A stretch of 64,000 bases of DNA from Vulcanimicrobiota bacterium. Its GTDB lineage: Bacteria; Vulcanimicrobiota; Xenobia; Xenobiales; JADMJV01. This document shows, piece after piece, positions 1-8,857 of the stretch; position 1 is the stretch's first letter; every line of letters begins with the position of its first letter. The notes below the pieces were generated by a model. It saw nothing but the letters and a program-made list of their open reading frames with translations. It did not search any database and was not told where the DNA came from. The position numbers and the translations under genes are program-made. Where the stretch lies: NCBI GenBank assembly GCA_050250895.1, contig JBFWNU010000001.1, positions 3,044,891 to 3,108,890 on the forward strand, written 5' to 3'.

Positions 1-1045
1 GGGCCACCGCCCGCGAAGCCCAGGCCACAACCCGCGAAGCCAGGCCACCGCCCGCGAAGCCCGGGCCACAACCCGCGAAGCCAGGCCACCGCCCGCGAAA
101 GCCCGGGCCACTGCCCGCTCTGCCTCGCTGGGGCGGGTGGCTCCCACGAAAGCCCGGAGCATGCTCCCACAAAACCCCGGAGCAAGCCCGGCCTGCCTCG
201 CTGTGGGCGGGTTGCTCCCACGAAACCCCGGAGCAAGCCCGGCCTGCCTCGCTGTGGCGGGTGGCTCCCACGAAATCCCGGAGCATGCTCCCACGAAACC
301 CCGGAGCAAGCCCGCTCTGCCTCGCTGTGGGCGGGTTGCTCCCACGAAAACCCGGAGCATGCTCCCACAAAACCCCGGAGCAAGCCCGCTCTGCCTCGAT
401 GGGGCGGGTTGCTCCCACGAAAACCCGGAGCATGCCCGCTCTGCCTCGCTTGGGCGGGTTGCTCCCACGAAACCCCGGAGCATGCCCGTTCTGCCTCGCC
501 GGGGCGGGTTGCTCCCACGAAAACCCGGAGCATGCTCCCACAAAACCCCGGAGCAAGCCCGGCCTGCCTCGATGGGGCGGGTTGCTCCGACGAAAACCCG
601 GAGCAAGCCCGCTCTGCCTCGCCGGGGGCGGGTTGCTCCCACGAAAACCGGAGCATGCTCCCACCAAACCCCGGAGCAAGCCCGCTCTGCCTCGCTGTGA
701 CGGGTGGCTCCCACGAAACCCGGGAGCAGGTCCGTTCTGCCAGGCAAGCCCAGACCACCGCCCGCGAAGCCCAGGCCACTGCCCGCTCTGCCTCGCTGTG
801 GGCGGGTTGCTCCCACGAAAGCCCGGAGCATGCTCCCACAAAACCTCGGAGCAAGCCCGCTCTGCCTCGCTGTGGGCGGGTTGCTCCCACGAAAGCCCGG
901 AGCATGCTCCCACAAAACCCCGGCGCAAGCCCGCTCTGCCTCGATGGGGCGGTTTGCTCCCACGAAACCCGGGAGCAGGTCCGTTCTGCCAGGCAAGCCC
1001 AGACCACCGCCCGCGAAGCCCAGGCCATCGCCGCGAAGCCAGCGC
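1..1045. repeat. Mosaic cluster of palindromic REP-like repeats (family A), truncated at window start
   Basis: Reiterated modules GCCCGCTCTGCCTCGCTGTGGGCGGGTTGCTCCCACGAAA(A/G)CCCGGAGCA (~50 bp), TGCTCCCACAAAACCCCGGAGCAA (~24 bp) and GGCCACCGCCCGCGAAGCCCA (~21 bp); TGCTCC...GGAGCA stems; no unique spacers. Confidence 0.9.
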
Positions 1046-1053
1046 AAAGCTAG

Positions 1054-3024
1054 CTAAGGGCGGGAAGCCTGGGGGAGTTCGAGGGTGAACACGGTGCCCT
1101 GCGAGCAGTCGAAGGTGATGCGCCCGCCGTAGGCCTGGGCGTGGGTGTAGGCGAGGTAGAGGCCGAGGCCGGTGCCTGAGCCCACCGGCTTGGTGGTGAA
1201 GAAGGGCTCGAAGAGGCGGTCGCCGATTTCCGGGGGCACGCCGGGGCCGTTGTCGGCCACGGCGATGCGGACCAGGCCGTCCGAGGCGTGGGCCGAGACC
1301 GAGAGGGCGGGGGCGGCCAGGCCGGCCACGGCGTCACGGGCGTTGGCCATGAGGTTCACCAGGCAGGCCACCAGTTCGTCCGAGTGGCCCTGCACCCACA
1401 GCCCATCCGGCACGGATAGGGAGAAGGGGGTGTCGAGGGAGCCCTGGGCCTGGCGAACCAGGTCGGCCACCTCGAGGGGGCGGGTGGGGGTCTCTTGCTT
1501 GCGCGAGAAGGTTAAGAGCTCTTTCACGATGGTCTGGCAGCGGGCCACCGCCTGGGCGATGGTGTCCACGCTCTCGAGGTCTTCGTCGTCGGAGATGGCT
1601 CCCCGCAGCAGATTGAGGTGGACGTTGATGGCCAGCAGGGGGTTGTTGATCTCGTGGGCAACTCCGGCGGCGAGCTGGCCGACCGCGGCCATCTTATTCG
1701 CCTGCAACAGGTCGGCCTGCGAAGTCTGCAAGCGCTTATAGAGGTCGGCGTTGGCTAGAAAGACACCCATCAGGTCGGCCAGCACCGTCAGGTAGCGCTG
1801 TTCGGTCTCGCCGAAGGCGCGCGGGTCCGACGAGGTGAGGATCACCTGACCCCGGGGCAGGGGAGCGACCAACATCGCCTTCTGGCCCACCACCGGCACG
1901 TCGGGCAGACGATCGAGGGCCAGGCGCGAGTCGGGCACCGAGAGATATTTGTGAGCTAGCTGGCCGTCGAGGGTGACCAGCAGGCACTCGGCCGGGATGG
2001 CTCCGCGCAAGCTGGTTTCGAAGCGGGTCAAGAGGTCGCCGCGGTCGAGGGTTCCGCCTACCTCGCGGGCCCCCTCGAGCAGGCGTAGCAGCAGATTCAC
2101 CCAGTGCTCCAGGCGAGCCCCTTCCTGGCCGAGTTCGAGGCGCTGCTCTTTCTGGTGGGCGGTGCGCAGGGCGGCCGCGCTGTGGCGGGCGAAGCGCTCG
2201 AGCAGGGGAGAGACCTCGTCGACCCCGGTCAGGTGGATGACCGCTTCTTTTTGCCAGGGAATCGCCACCGACTTCCCGTCGCGAACGGTCTTGCCCTGAC
2301 GGGCCTGGAGCACCAATTGGGGGGCGTCCTCGAAGGTTTGATAGACGCGGGCCGTGCGGGCTCCGGACAAGCGTGTGAAGGAGCGGACTACCCCGTCGAT
2401 CAGCTCGTCGGGTCGCTGGTGGGCGTGTAGCGAAAAGGCGAAAGCGTCGAGTTCTTCGAGGTGTTGGCGGGCGGTGAGCACTTCGAGGCGCTCGCCCTCT
2501 TCGCGATAGTCGGGGGGGTCTGATGGGGAGCGGGGAGTGAGCGCGAATAGCACGGGGGCGATCCACAGTGGCTGGGTCAACTGGCTGGCCACCAGGCCAG
2601 AGCCGGCCACTCCGAGGTAGAAGGGCCAATGCCCGAGCGACTCGCCCTGAGTGGGCAGCACATTAGACAGAGCCAGGGGCAGGAGCAGGGCCAGCCCCAG
2701 GTAGAGCGCACAGGCGGCCGGTGCTGGTAGCCACACCAGGCTGGCCACAGCCAGCAAGGTGGCCAGGGCATCGTGGCGGGGGCCACGGCGAGCCAGCATG
2801 GCGATGGCCAGGGCCCCGGCGCCGGGCGGGCCGAGGGCCAGATAGAGAGCAGGGGCGGCTGATAGGGCGCCGTAGCCGGCCAGGGGCGGGGCCAACCATT
2901 CGAGGGCCAGAGCCAGCAGGAGGGCCAGACCGTGCCAGGGGGTGAGTTCCAGGCCGTGGCGCAGGCAGACCAGCACCAGCACGGCCGCGGTGACCAGTTC
3001 GAGAGCGAGAAGTAGCTTCTTCAT
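1054..3024 (-). CDS. Membrane sensor histidine kinase (TM region, GAF-like, HisKA, HATPase)
   Basis: H-box LAAGVAHEINNPL, N-box NLMANARDA, DNGPG, FEPFFTTK and GTGLGL motifs; hydrophobic N-terminus. Confidence 0.92.
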   Translation of the reverse strand: MKKLLLALELVTAAVLVLVCLRHGLELTPWHGLALLLALALEWLAPPLAGYGALSAAPALYLALGPPGAGALAIAMLARRGPRHDALATLLAVASLVWLPAPAACALYLGLALLLPLALSNVLPTQGESLGHWPFYLGVAGSGLVASQLTQPLWIAPVLFALTPRSPSDPPDYREEGERLEVLTARQHLEELDAFAFSLHAHQRPDELIDGVVRSFTRLSGARTARVYQTFEDAPQLVLQARQGKTVRDGKSVAIPWQKEAVIHLTGVDEVSPLLERFARHSAAALRTAHQKEQRLELGQEGARLEHWVNLLLRLLEGAREVGGTLDRGDLLTRFETSLRGAIPAECLLVTLDGQLAHKYLSVPDSRLALDRLPDVPVVGQKAMLVAPLPRGQVILTSSDPRAFGETEQRYLTVLADLMGVFLANADLYKRLQTSQADLLQANKMAAVGQLAAGVAHEINNPLLAINVHLNLLRGAISDDEDLESVDTIAQAVARCQTIVKELLTFSRKQETPTRPLEVADLVRQAQGSLDTPFSLSVPDGLWVQGHSDELVACLVNLMANARDAVAGLAAPALSVSAHASDGLVRIAVADNGPGVPPEIGDRLFEPFFTTKPVGSGTGLGLYLAYTHAQAYGGRITFDCSQGTVFTLELPQASRP

Positions 3025-4223
3025 AGCTGGGTCAGCATGGCCATCATAGGTAGGAACGAGGCGGTCACGATGGCCCCCACGATGGCCCCGAGGATGAGCA
3101 AGACCAGCGGCTCGAAGAGCTGGAAGAACTGCTCGACCAGCAGTTGGAACTCTTCGTCGGCGAGGTTGGCATAGAGGGTGAGGAATGGTCCGATGCGGTT
3201 GCTTTCGTAGCCGGTCTCGAGCAACCCCTTGAGCACCGGAGGAAACAGTTCGCAGCCGGCGATGGCCCCGGGCAGGTCGTGGTTCTTGAGGTCGCTGCGG
3301 AAGCGGTCGAGATGACGGTCAAACCCTTCCCAGCCGCTCTTGGAGAGCACCACGGCCCGGTCCCAGTCAAAGCCCACCTCGAGCAGCAAGGCCAGATTGC
3401 GGGCGAAGTCGATGAGCAAGAGGCGGGCCACCAGGGGGCGCAAGGCAGATTCGAAGAGCAGCTTGTGGCGCAGGGCCGGTCCGGCCGGAGAGAACCAGGC
3501 GGCCAGCGCCAGCGCCAATACCAGCAGGCCGACAACCAGGGCCGTCACCAGGCGATGAGGCTCGAACAAGCCCACCACCAGCCGCGTGAAAGCCGGCATC
3601 TCGAGGCCCATGTTGGCGATCAGCGCGTTGACGCGGGGGACCAGATAGCCCACCAGCAAGAGCACCATCGAGCCCACCGCCCCGAGCAAAAAGAGGGGAT
3701 AGGTGAGCGACGAGACCAGCTGATCGCGCCGTCGCTGCTGCTCGCGGCAGGCGGTGGCCAGACGGGACAGCACGCCCACCAGCTTGCCGCTCTCTTCGCC
3801 CAGGCGAATCAGGCTGACCTGGCTTTCGGGAAAGACGCCCGAGCGGGCCATGGCGGCCGAGAGATAATGACCCGAGGCCACCTGGATAGCCAGTTTTTCG
3901 TAGAGTTCAGCGAGGGAGGGGTGTTCGCCCCGGGCGGCTACCTCCAGGGCGTCCAGGATGTGGACTCCGGACTGGGTCAAGACCGACAACTTGAGGTAGA
4001 GGAGCGAGCGGTCTTTGAGGGCGAGCGGTCGACTCGAAGTGGGTTCGGGGTCGGGTGAAGGCCGAGGCGCGAGGCTGGGAGCGCCCTGGACCGACTTTAG
4101 CCGAACCACCGTCCACCCGCGGGCCAGCAGGATTTCTCGAGCCGCAAGTTCAGACCTGGCGTCGACCAAACCGTCGCGCACCTCGCCGGCTTGATCTTGG
4201 CAACGATAATGAAACGATTGCAT
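3021..4223 (-). CDS. pilC: Type II secretion F / PilC inner-membrane platform protein
   Basis: N-terminal FHYRCQDQAGEVRDG, GEESGKL, LTYPLFLL, FEPLVLLILGAIVG, FLPM; overlaps the kinase start by 4 nt. Confidence 0.88.
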   Translation of the reverse strand: MQSFHYRCQDQAGEVRDGLVDARSELAAREILLARGWTVVRLKSVQGAPSLAPRPSPDPEPTSSRPLALKDRSLLYLKLSVLTQSGVHILDALEVAARGEHPSLAELYEKLAIQVASGHYLSAAMARSGVFPESQVSLIRLGEESGKLVGVLSRLATACREQQRRRDQLVSSLTYPLFLLGAVGSMVLLLVGYLVPRVNALIANMGLEMPAFTRLVVGLFEPHRLVTALVVGLLVLALALAAWFSPAGPALRHKLLFESALRPLVARLLLIDFARNLALLLEVGFDWDRAVVLSKSGWEGFDRHLDRFRSDLKNHDLPGAIAGCELFPPVLKGLLETGYESNRIGPFLTLYANLADEEFQLLVEQFFQLFEPLVLLILGAIVGAIVTASFLPMMAMLTQL

Positions 4224-4237
4224 GCTATACTACGGAG
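4224..4237. promoter_or_regulatory. Putative bidirectional overlapping -10 elements
   Basis: TATACT (+, 4226-4231) and TAGTAT (-, 4232-4227) inside a 14-bp gap between divergent starts. Confidence 0.45.
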
Positions 4238-5833
4238 GTGTCAGCCTGGTTTCGACAACGTGGGATGGCCCTGGTCACCGCTCTTTTCGTGGTTCTGCTG
4301 CTACATGCCTTGGTGGCGGTCATCCTGGCCGGGCTGTGGACCGATACCGGGGTTTTGCGCCTGTCTGACCGACAGACAGCCAGTTTTTATCAGGCCAAAG
4401 CGGGCATCCACTACGCTCTCGAACAGTTGGCCGGCCCCGACGCGCTGACCTGGGAGACCGCCCACCTGGTCGATGACCCCAACTATCCCGCCAACCAGGT
4501 GCCGACGGTGGCCGCCCAGGTGCCTCTCGATGGCACCGTGATGGTCTGGGTCCAGAACACCAGCAACCCGTCCTTTCGACTATTGCGGGCGGCCGCCCGC
4601 CAGGGCGAGGGGTGGACCTTCGTCGGCTTGACGGCCCGCCGCTGGGAGCGCATTCCCGGGCTGACCTTCGCCTTTGAGGCAACGCCCCCCGATACTCCCG
4701 ACACCGTCTATAGCCTCGCGGGCGACGATCCCAACTGGAACGTGCTGGGAATGCCTCCAGCCATGATCTGGGATGGACCGGCACCTCGTCCGGTGCCGGA
4801 GCCGCCTCATACCCTGCTCTTCCCCGAGGCGGACAACAGCGGCAACCTGTATGTCCAGGGTCTGACCGGCGACGGCATCAGCAGCCTGCGCTACGACAGT
4901 CGGCGGACGGAATGGGGTCTGCTGCCCACCGTTCCCTCTCCCGATGTCTACGGTTTGGCGGCCGGAGGCGGCCATGTCTACGCCGCCAGTCAAGACCAGA
5001 TCTTCGACTTGCTCGATCCCGAAGCCGCCACCTGGTTTGCTGGCCAGCCGCCTTCGTCGGTGCAGTGGACCACCCTCGAAAAGCCGCCCACGGCCTGGTA
5101 TGACCGCCACGGAGACTTGCAGGTGCTCGCCGACCGGCCTTGTCGCACCTTCGGCCTGGATGCCGACGACTCGGGCAACTTGTACGCTCGTTTGATGGGG
5201 CCGACCCAGCTGTTGGCGCGACGTGACGCCCAGACCGGCAACTGGGACTTCTTGCCCCAGCCGCCTCCCAAAGCCTATCAGAAGAACGCCGCCGGTGAGT
5301 TCGAGGTGGTCGATATCGATCTGCCGCCTCAGGTGCTGAGCCCGCCCACCGTCGACGGCGACGGCAACCTGTTCTGCCTTTGGCAGCCACCGGGACGCGA
5401 GCGACTTCCTGACACCATCTTCAAGTTCGTACCCGAAGGCCGGGTGGTCAATCGCACCGTCCAGGGCCAGTGGAAGGTGCTGCCACCCGCTCCCCTCAAG
5501 GTCTATGACCTGAGCGGCAACCTGCACAGTCTACCCGACGAATTGGCCCGGGATTTTCAAGCCCTGGAGGTCGATTCTCAGGGCCGCTTGCTGGTCAAGT
5601 ATAACGTGCCCAACTACTTTGGCCTGGGACTGGGAGTGGACACGGTCTACCGTTACGATACCCATAGCGGCAAAGCCCAGATGACCGACATTCTGCCTCC
5701 CATCCAGCGCCAGAAACCCACGGGGGCCGGCCCGATCACCCTGCCCGGCTACGTGACGAGACTACCGTTTTTGGGGGCCGGCGGCAGCCATCAGCCCGGA
5801 CAGTTGGAGTATGTCCCGCTTAGCTGGTTCTAG
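4238..5833 (+). CDS. PilX/GspK-like minor pilin with large C-terminal beta-propeller-like domain
   Basis: RQRG|MALVTALFVVLLL prepilin-like N-terminus, AFYQAKAG-type PilX motif (SFYQAKAGI), repeated DxDxxGNLY blades; start moved to GTG 4238. Confidence 0.7.
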   Translation: MSAWFRQRGMALVTALFVVLLLHALVAVILAGLWTDTGVLRLSDRQTASFYQAKAGIHYALEQLAGPDALTWETAHLVDDPNYPANQVPTVAAQVPLDGTVMVWVQNTSNPSFRLLRAAARQGEGWTFVGLTARRWERIPGLTFAFEATPPDTPDTVYSLAGDDPNWNVLGMPPAMIWDGPAPRPVPEPPHTLLFPEADNSGNLYVQGLTGDGISSLRYDSRRTEWGLLPTVPSPDVYGLAAGGGHVYAASQDQIFDLLDPEAATWFAGQPPSSVQWTTLEKPPTAWYDRHGDLQVLADRPCRTFGLDADDSGNLYARLMGPTQLLARRDAQTGNWDFLPQPPPKAYQKNAAGEFEVVDIDLPPQVLSPPTVDGDGNLFCLWQPPGRERLPDTIFKFVPEGRVVNRTVQGQWKVLPPAPLKVYDLSGNLHSLPDELARDFQALEVDSQGRLLVKYNVPNYFGLGLGVDTVYRYDTHSGKAQMTDILPPIQRQKPTGAGPITLPGYVTRLPFLGAGGSHQPGQLEYVPLSWF

Positions 5834-6188
5834 GGGCCTGACCCTGGCCGAGATTTTGTTGTGCGTCTTCATCCTGGCCGTGGCCATTCTGGGCCTGGTC
5901 AGCGTTCAGGTGTTCGCGCTCAAGTCGCGCACCGTCACCTCCGAGCGGTTGCGCGCCGCCAACGCCGCGGCCGGGGTGATGGCCGGCCTCGAGAGCCAGG
6001 CCGGGATCGATTACGCCACCAGTTTCGGGCGGGCGAGAGGCGCTCTCGAGCCGGGGTTGGAGTATGCCGTCGACGACCAGCCTCGCTCGGCGTCGTTGCG
6101 GCAGTTGACCATCACAGTCTATTTTCGCGATTTAGAAGGCGGGAGGGAAAGTGCCTACACCTTGCAGACGCTCCTGCACCGGCGTTAG
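5811..6188 (+). CDS. PilV-like minor pilin
   Basis: SRG|LTLAEILL class III signal with Glu+5. Confidence 0.8.
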   Translation: MSRLAGSRGLTLAEILLCVFILAVAILGLVSVQVFALKSRTVTSERLRAANAAAGVMAGLESQAGIDYATSFGRARGALEPGLEYAVDDQPRSASLRQLTITVYFRDLEGGRESAYTLQTLLHRR

Positions 6189-6660
6189 CCTGGTCGAGGT
6201 GATGGTAGCCGGCGGCCTGTTTCTGGTCCTGGTTACGGCTGTTCTCTTCACCCTTGAGCTGGGGCGTCGCAATCAGGGCAAACAGGGCGAGCGCGAGGCC
6301 GCCGTGCGGGCTTGCCTGCTCACGGTCGAGCATCTGCGCAAAGCCCTGGCCACCGGCTTCGTCGAGTCGGTCACGGCCGATGAGCTGGTCTATCGGCAGG
6401 CTCGCATCGGCGCCAACGGCATGCCCGAACTGGGCGCCACCGGCGAGGTCATGTGGCTGGCTCCTAATCGGGTCTGGCTCGAGCAAGGTACCGTGTGGCG
6501 TGACTACGAAGGGCAGTCGCGCGTCCTGGCCCGGCTGGGCGACGAGGGGAGCCTGAGTTTTGCGCAGGTGCGCTCGGACCTGCTCGAGGTCTCGGTGAGC
6601 TCGAGCTTGGGGACGGGCTATTCCGTGACCACCCGGCTACGCCTGCTCAATCAGTTCTGA
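6151..6660 (+). CDS. PilW/PulJ-like minor pilin
   Basis: TG|VSLVEVMV class III signal with Glu+5, then hydrophobic helix. Confidence 0.75.
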   Translation: MPTPCRRSCTGVSLVEVMVAGGLFLVLVTAVLFTLELGRRNQGKQGEREAAVRACLLTVEHLRKALATGFVESVTADELVYRQARIGANGMPELGATGEVMWLAPNRVWLEQGTVWRDYEGQSRVLARLGDEGSLSFAQVRSDLLEVSVSSSLGTGYSVTTRLRLLNQF

Positions 6661-7085
6661 ACCGCCTCGGCCCCCTGGGTGCCGGTGCTGCTGCCCGATT
6701 TTTCGCCGCTGGGGTCGAAGGTCTGCCCGGGCTGTTGTCGTTGCCGGTCTTGACCGCCTCCCAGGGCGGTAGGCAGGTCGCGAGCCGCGGGCGACTTTGG
6801 CCAGTTGTTGGTCTGGACCCGCGAGCCCCAGGCCATGTGGTTATGCTTGGGGTCCAGCCGCTCTTGACTCATCGGTCGGGAGAGCGCCTCGACCACGGCC
6901 ATGGCGTGGGCCGAAGGTGGGCTCTGGGGCCGGCGAGCCTCCGGCGAGAGATGAGCCAGATCCTGCGGCCAGGTCGACTGGGGGGTGGGGGCCGGCGGGG
7001 GGGCCACGGCCAGCCCCCGGGCCTCCATCAGTTCTTCCCAGCGGCGCGGTCGCTCCTGATTGATTCCACTCAGATAGTTAGCCAC
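6651..7085 (-). CDS. Hypothetical low-complexity protein
   Basis: 144-aa ORF filling the intergenic gap; Pro-rich with a DLAHLSPEA motif; -10 TAAGCT 6 nt upstream of GTG. Confidence 0.6.
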   Translation of the reverse strand: MANYLSGINQERPRRWEELMEARGLAVAPPPAPTPQSTWPQDLAHLSPEARRPQSPPSAHAMAVVEALSRPMSQERLDPKHNHMAWGSRVQTNNWPKSPAARDLPTALGGGQDRQRQQPGQTFDPSGEKSGSSTGTQGAEAVQN

Positions 7086-7157
7086 CCCACCAGCTTAGCA
7101 GGCCCAGCCGGAGAATCTCTTGGAATTGTTACCGCGAGCTTGCCCGCGGCTGAACAT

Positions 7158-8183
7158 TTAGGGCAAGATGGCGAAGGCCCGGGCCGGAAAGCCCAGCCCT
7201 TTCTCGGGCTTAGGCCAGCTGACCACTAGCAGAGCCCCGGTGGGCGGCACCTGGTCGAGATTGGTCATCACCTCGACCTGCCAGTGACCGTGCTGCAAAA
7301 GCCAGGTTTCGGCCTCGAGGTTGGGCGTGTTGTCGGTATCGAGGGCTTCGTGGCCGTTGGCCGTAATGCCGCGCTGTTGGTAGAGAAAGCGGATGGCTTC
7401 GGGGGACCAGGCCGGAAAGGGGTGGCGGCGGAAACGGTTGGTGTTCCAGTCCTTCGACAGATCGGTGCGCAGGGCCGCAAAGCATCCTTCCGGCACTCGG
7501 CCGTGCTCGTTCTCCCACTCGAGAATGTCGTCCACGGTCAGTTCGTAGGCCGGATGGTCCGCCAGCTTGGGGGTGATGTCGAAGACCACCATGGGCAGGA
7601 TCATCTGCTCGATAGGAATCTCGTCCACGGTCTGGCCCTCGGCCGAAAAATGGGCGGGAGGATCGATGTGGGTGCCGTACTGGCCCACCAGCGAATAGTG
7701 GGTCGCGCGAAAGCCGTCTTTTTCGAGGCTATAGGCCCGTCCCGTCTTGGGGTCGGCGGCGGGTCGGAATTGGGACGGACCAAAGCCTTCCCAGACCGGA
7801 GTGGTGGGGCTGAAGCGGTGAGTAAGGTCGACCCACTTTCGGGATTTCAGCCAGCGGTAGGCCTCGGCCAGGGCGGCCTTCTCGACATCCGCCAGGCCGC
7901 CGCCGTTCACGACCTGGCTGTAGCCGCGCTCCTCGAGTTGGGCTTTGAGTTGGGCGGCTCGACGGCCGCTCTTGCAGTAGAGCAGGATAGGCCGGGCCTT
8001 CTCGGACGGCAGCACCTCGAGGTGCTCTTGCAGACGGTCGTGGGGCACGTTGATGGCCCCCTCGAAGTGGCCTTCGGAATATTCCTGGGGAGTGCGGGCA
8101 TCGATCACCAACTGGCCGCGCAGGACCGGCTGGGCCCAGGCCACCGTGTTCAGGCAAAGTAGAAAAATGAGTAACCGTTTCAC
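7158..8183 (-). CDS. Exported rhodanese + cyclase (kynurenine formamidase-like) fusion
   Basis: Signal peptide ending AWA; IDARTPQEY...GHFEGAINVP...LYCKSGRRA rhodanese; VDLTH, QYGTHIDPPAHF, EVMTNLDQVP, GFPARAFA cyclase. Confidence 0.85.
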   Translation of the reverse strand: MKRLLIFLLCLNTVAWAQPVLRGQLVIDARTPQEYSEGHFEGAINVPHDRLQEHLEVLPSEKARPILLYCKSGRRAAQLKAQLEERGYSQVVNGGGLADVEKAALAEAYRWLKSRKWVDLTHRFSPTTPVWEGFGPSQFRPAADPKTGRAYSLEKDGFRATHYSLVGQYGTHIDPPAHFSAEGQTVDEIPIEQMILPMVVFDITPKLADHPAYELTVDDILEWENEHGRVPEGCFAALRTDLSKDWNTNRFRRHPFPAWSPEAIRFLYQQRGITANGHEALDTDNTPNLEAETWLLQHGHWQVEVMTNLDQVPPTGALLVVSWPKPEKGLGFPARAFAILP

Positions 8184-8254
8184 GCCCTTGACTACGACCC
8201 CGCCCGGGGCCGTTCCTTGGGGGTGAACTCAGCTCGGACCAAGAAGTAGACGGA

Positions 8255-8857
8255 ATGAAGCCACCTGCGTTCTTGCCCTCCTTTTGCATCTTTCTGGTGC
8301 TGGACTTGCTGGGGATTGTGAGCATCCCGTTCCTGCTGGGGATCGATCCCAATCTGGCCATCATGGTGTTGCTGGCGTTGCTTTATCTCGTGCCCGCCCT
8401 GGCCAGCACGGCCGGTTGGAGCACCATCAACTGGATGAAAGAGCAAGCCGGAGACACGGGCTCCGGCTTGGCCCGGCTCATCGCCGGCAGCAGCCTGGTG
8501 TTCTTGCTTTGCGCCGTGCTGGTCACCGTGCTCGATGGTCAGCACAACCTGGGTGTGGCGCTGTTCTATATCTACTGCCTGATTCTGTGCCTGCGGCTGG
8601 CGCCGGGAGCGATCATCAACGTGGCCGTGGCCGCGCCTCTAGCCTTTATAGGCAAGAGCAAGCGAGCCCGTGTGGCCGCCCTGGTCGCCGGCCTGTCCAG
8701 TGGTGTGGGGTTGTGGTTGGTGCGTGAGATCTACGCGTCCAATAGCGGCCAGCAGAACCTGATGATGGCCCTCTTTATGGCCTTGAGCTTTGGCTACGGT
8801 CTGACCTGGGGAGGCGCTCTCAGCTGGGTGGCCGCCAAGATCCGTCAGCGAGGCTAA
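8255..8857 (+). CDS. Hypothetical integral membrane protein
   Basis: Multiple hydrophobic segments; abuts the next gene. Confidence 0.7.
   Translation: MKPPAFLPSFCIFLVLDLLGIVSIPFLLGIDPNLAIMVLLALLYLVPALASTAGWSTINWMKEQAGDTGSGLARLIAGSSLVFLLCAVLVTVLDGQHNLGVALFYIYCLILCLRLAPGAIINVAVAAPLAFIGKSKRARVAALVAGLSSGVGLWLVREIYASNSGQQNLMMALFMALSFGYGLTWGGALSWVAAKIRQRG

Noticed and set aside
1-1045. CRISPR array or coding ORFs 137-700, 261-1088, 409-1053
   Set aside because: No unique spacers and no cas genes; ORFs are open in all three frames simply because the repeat lacks stops
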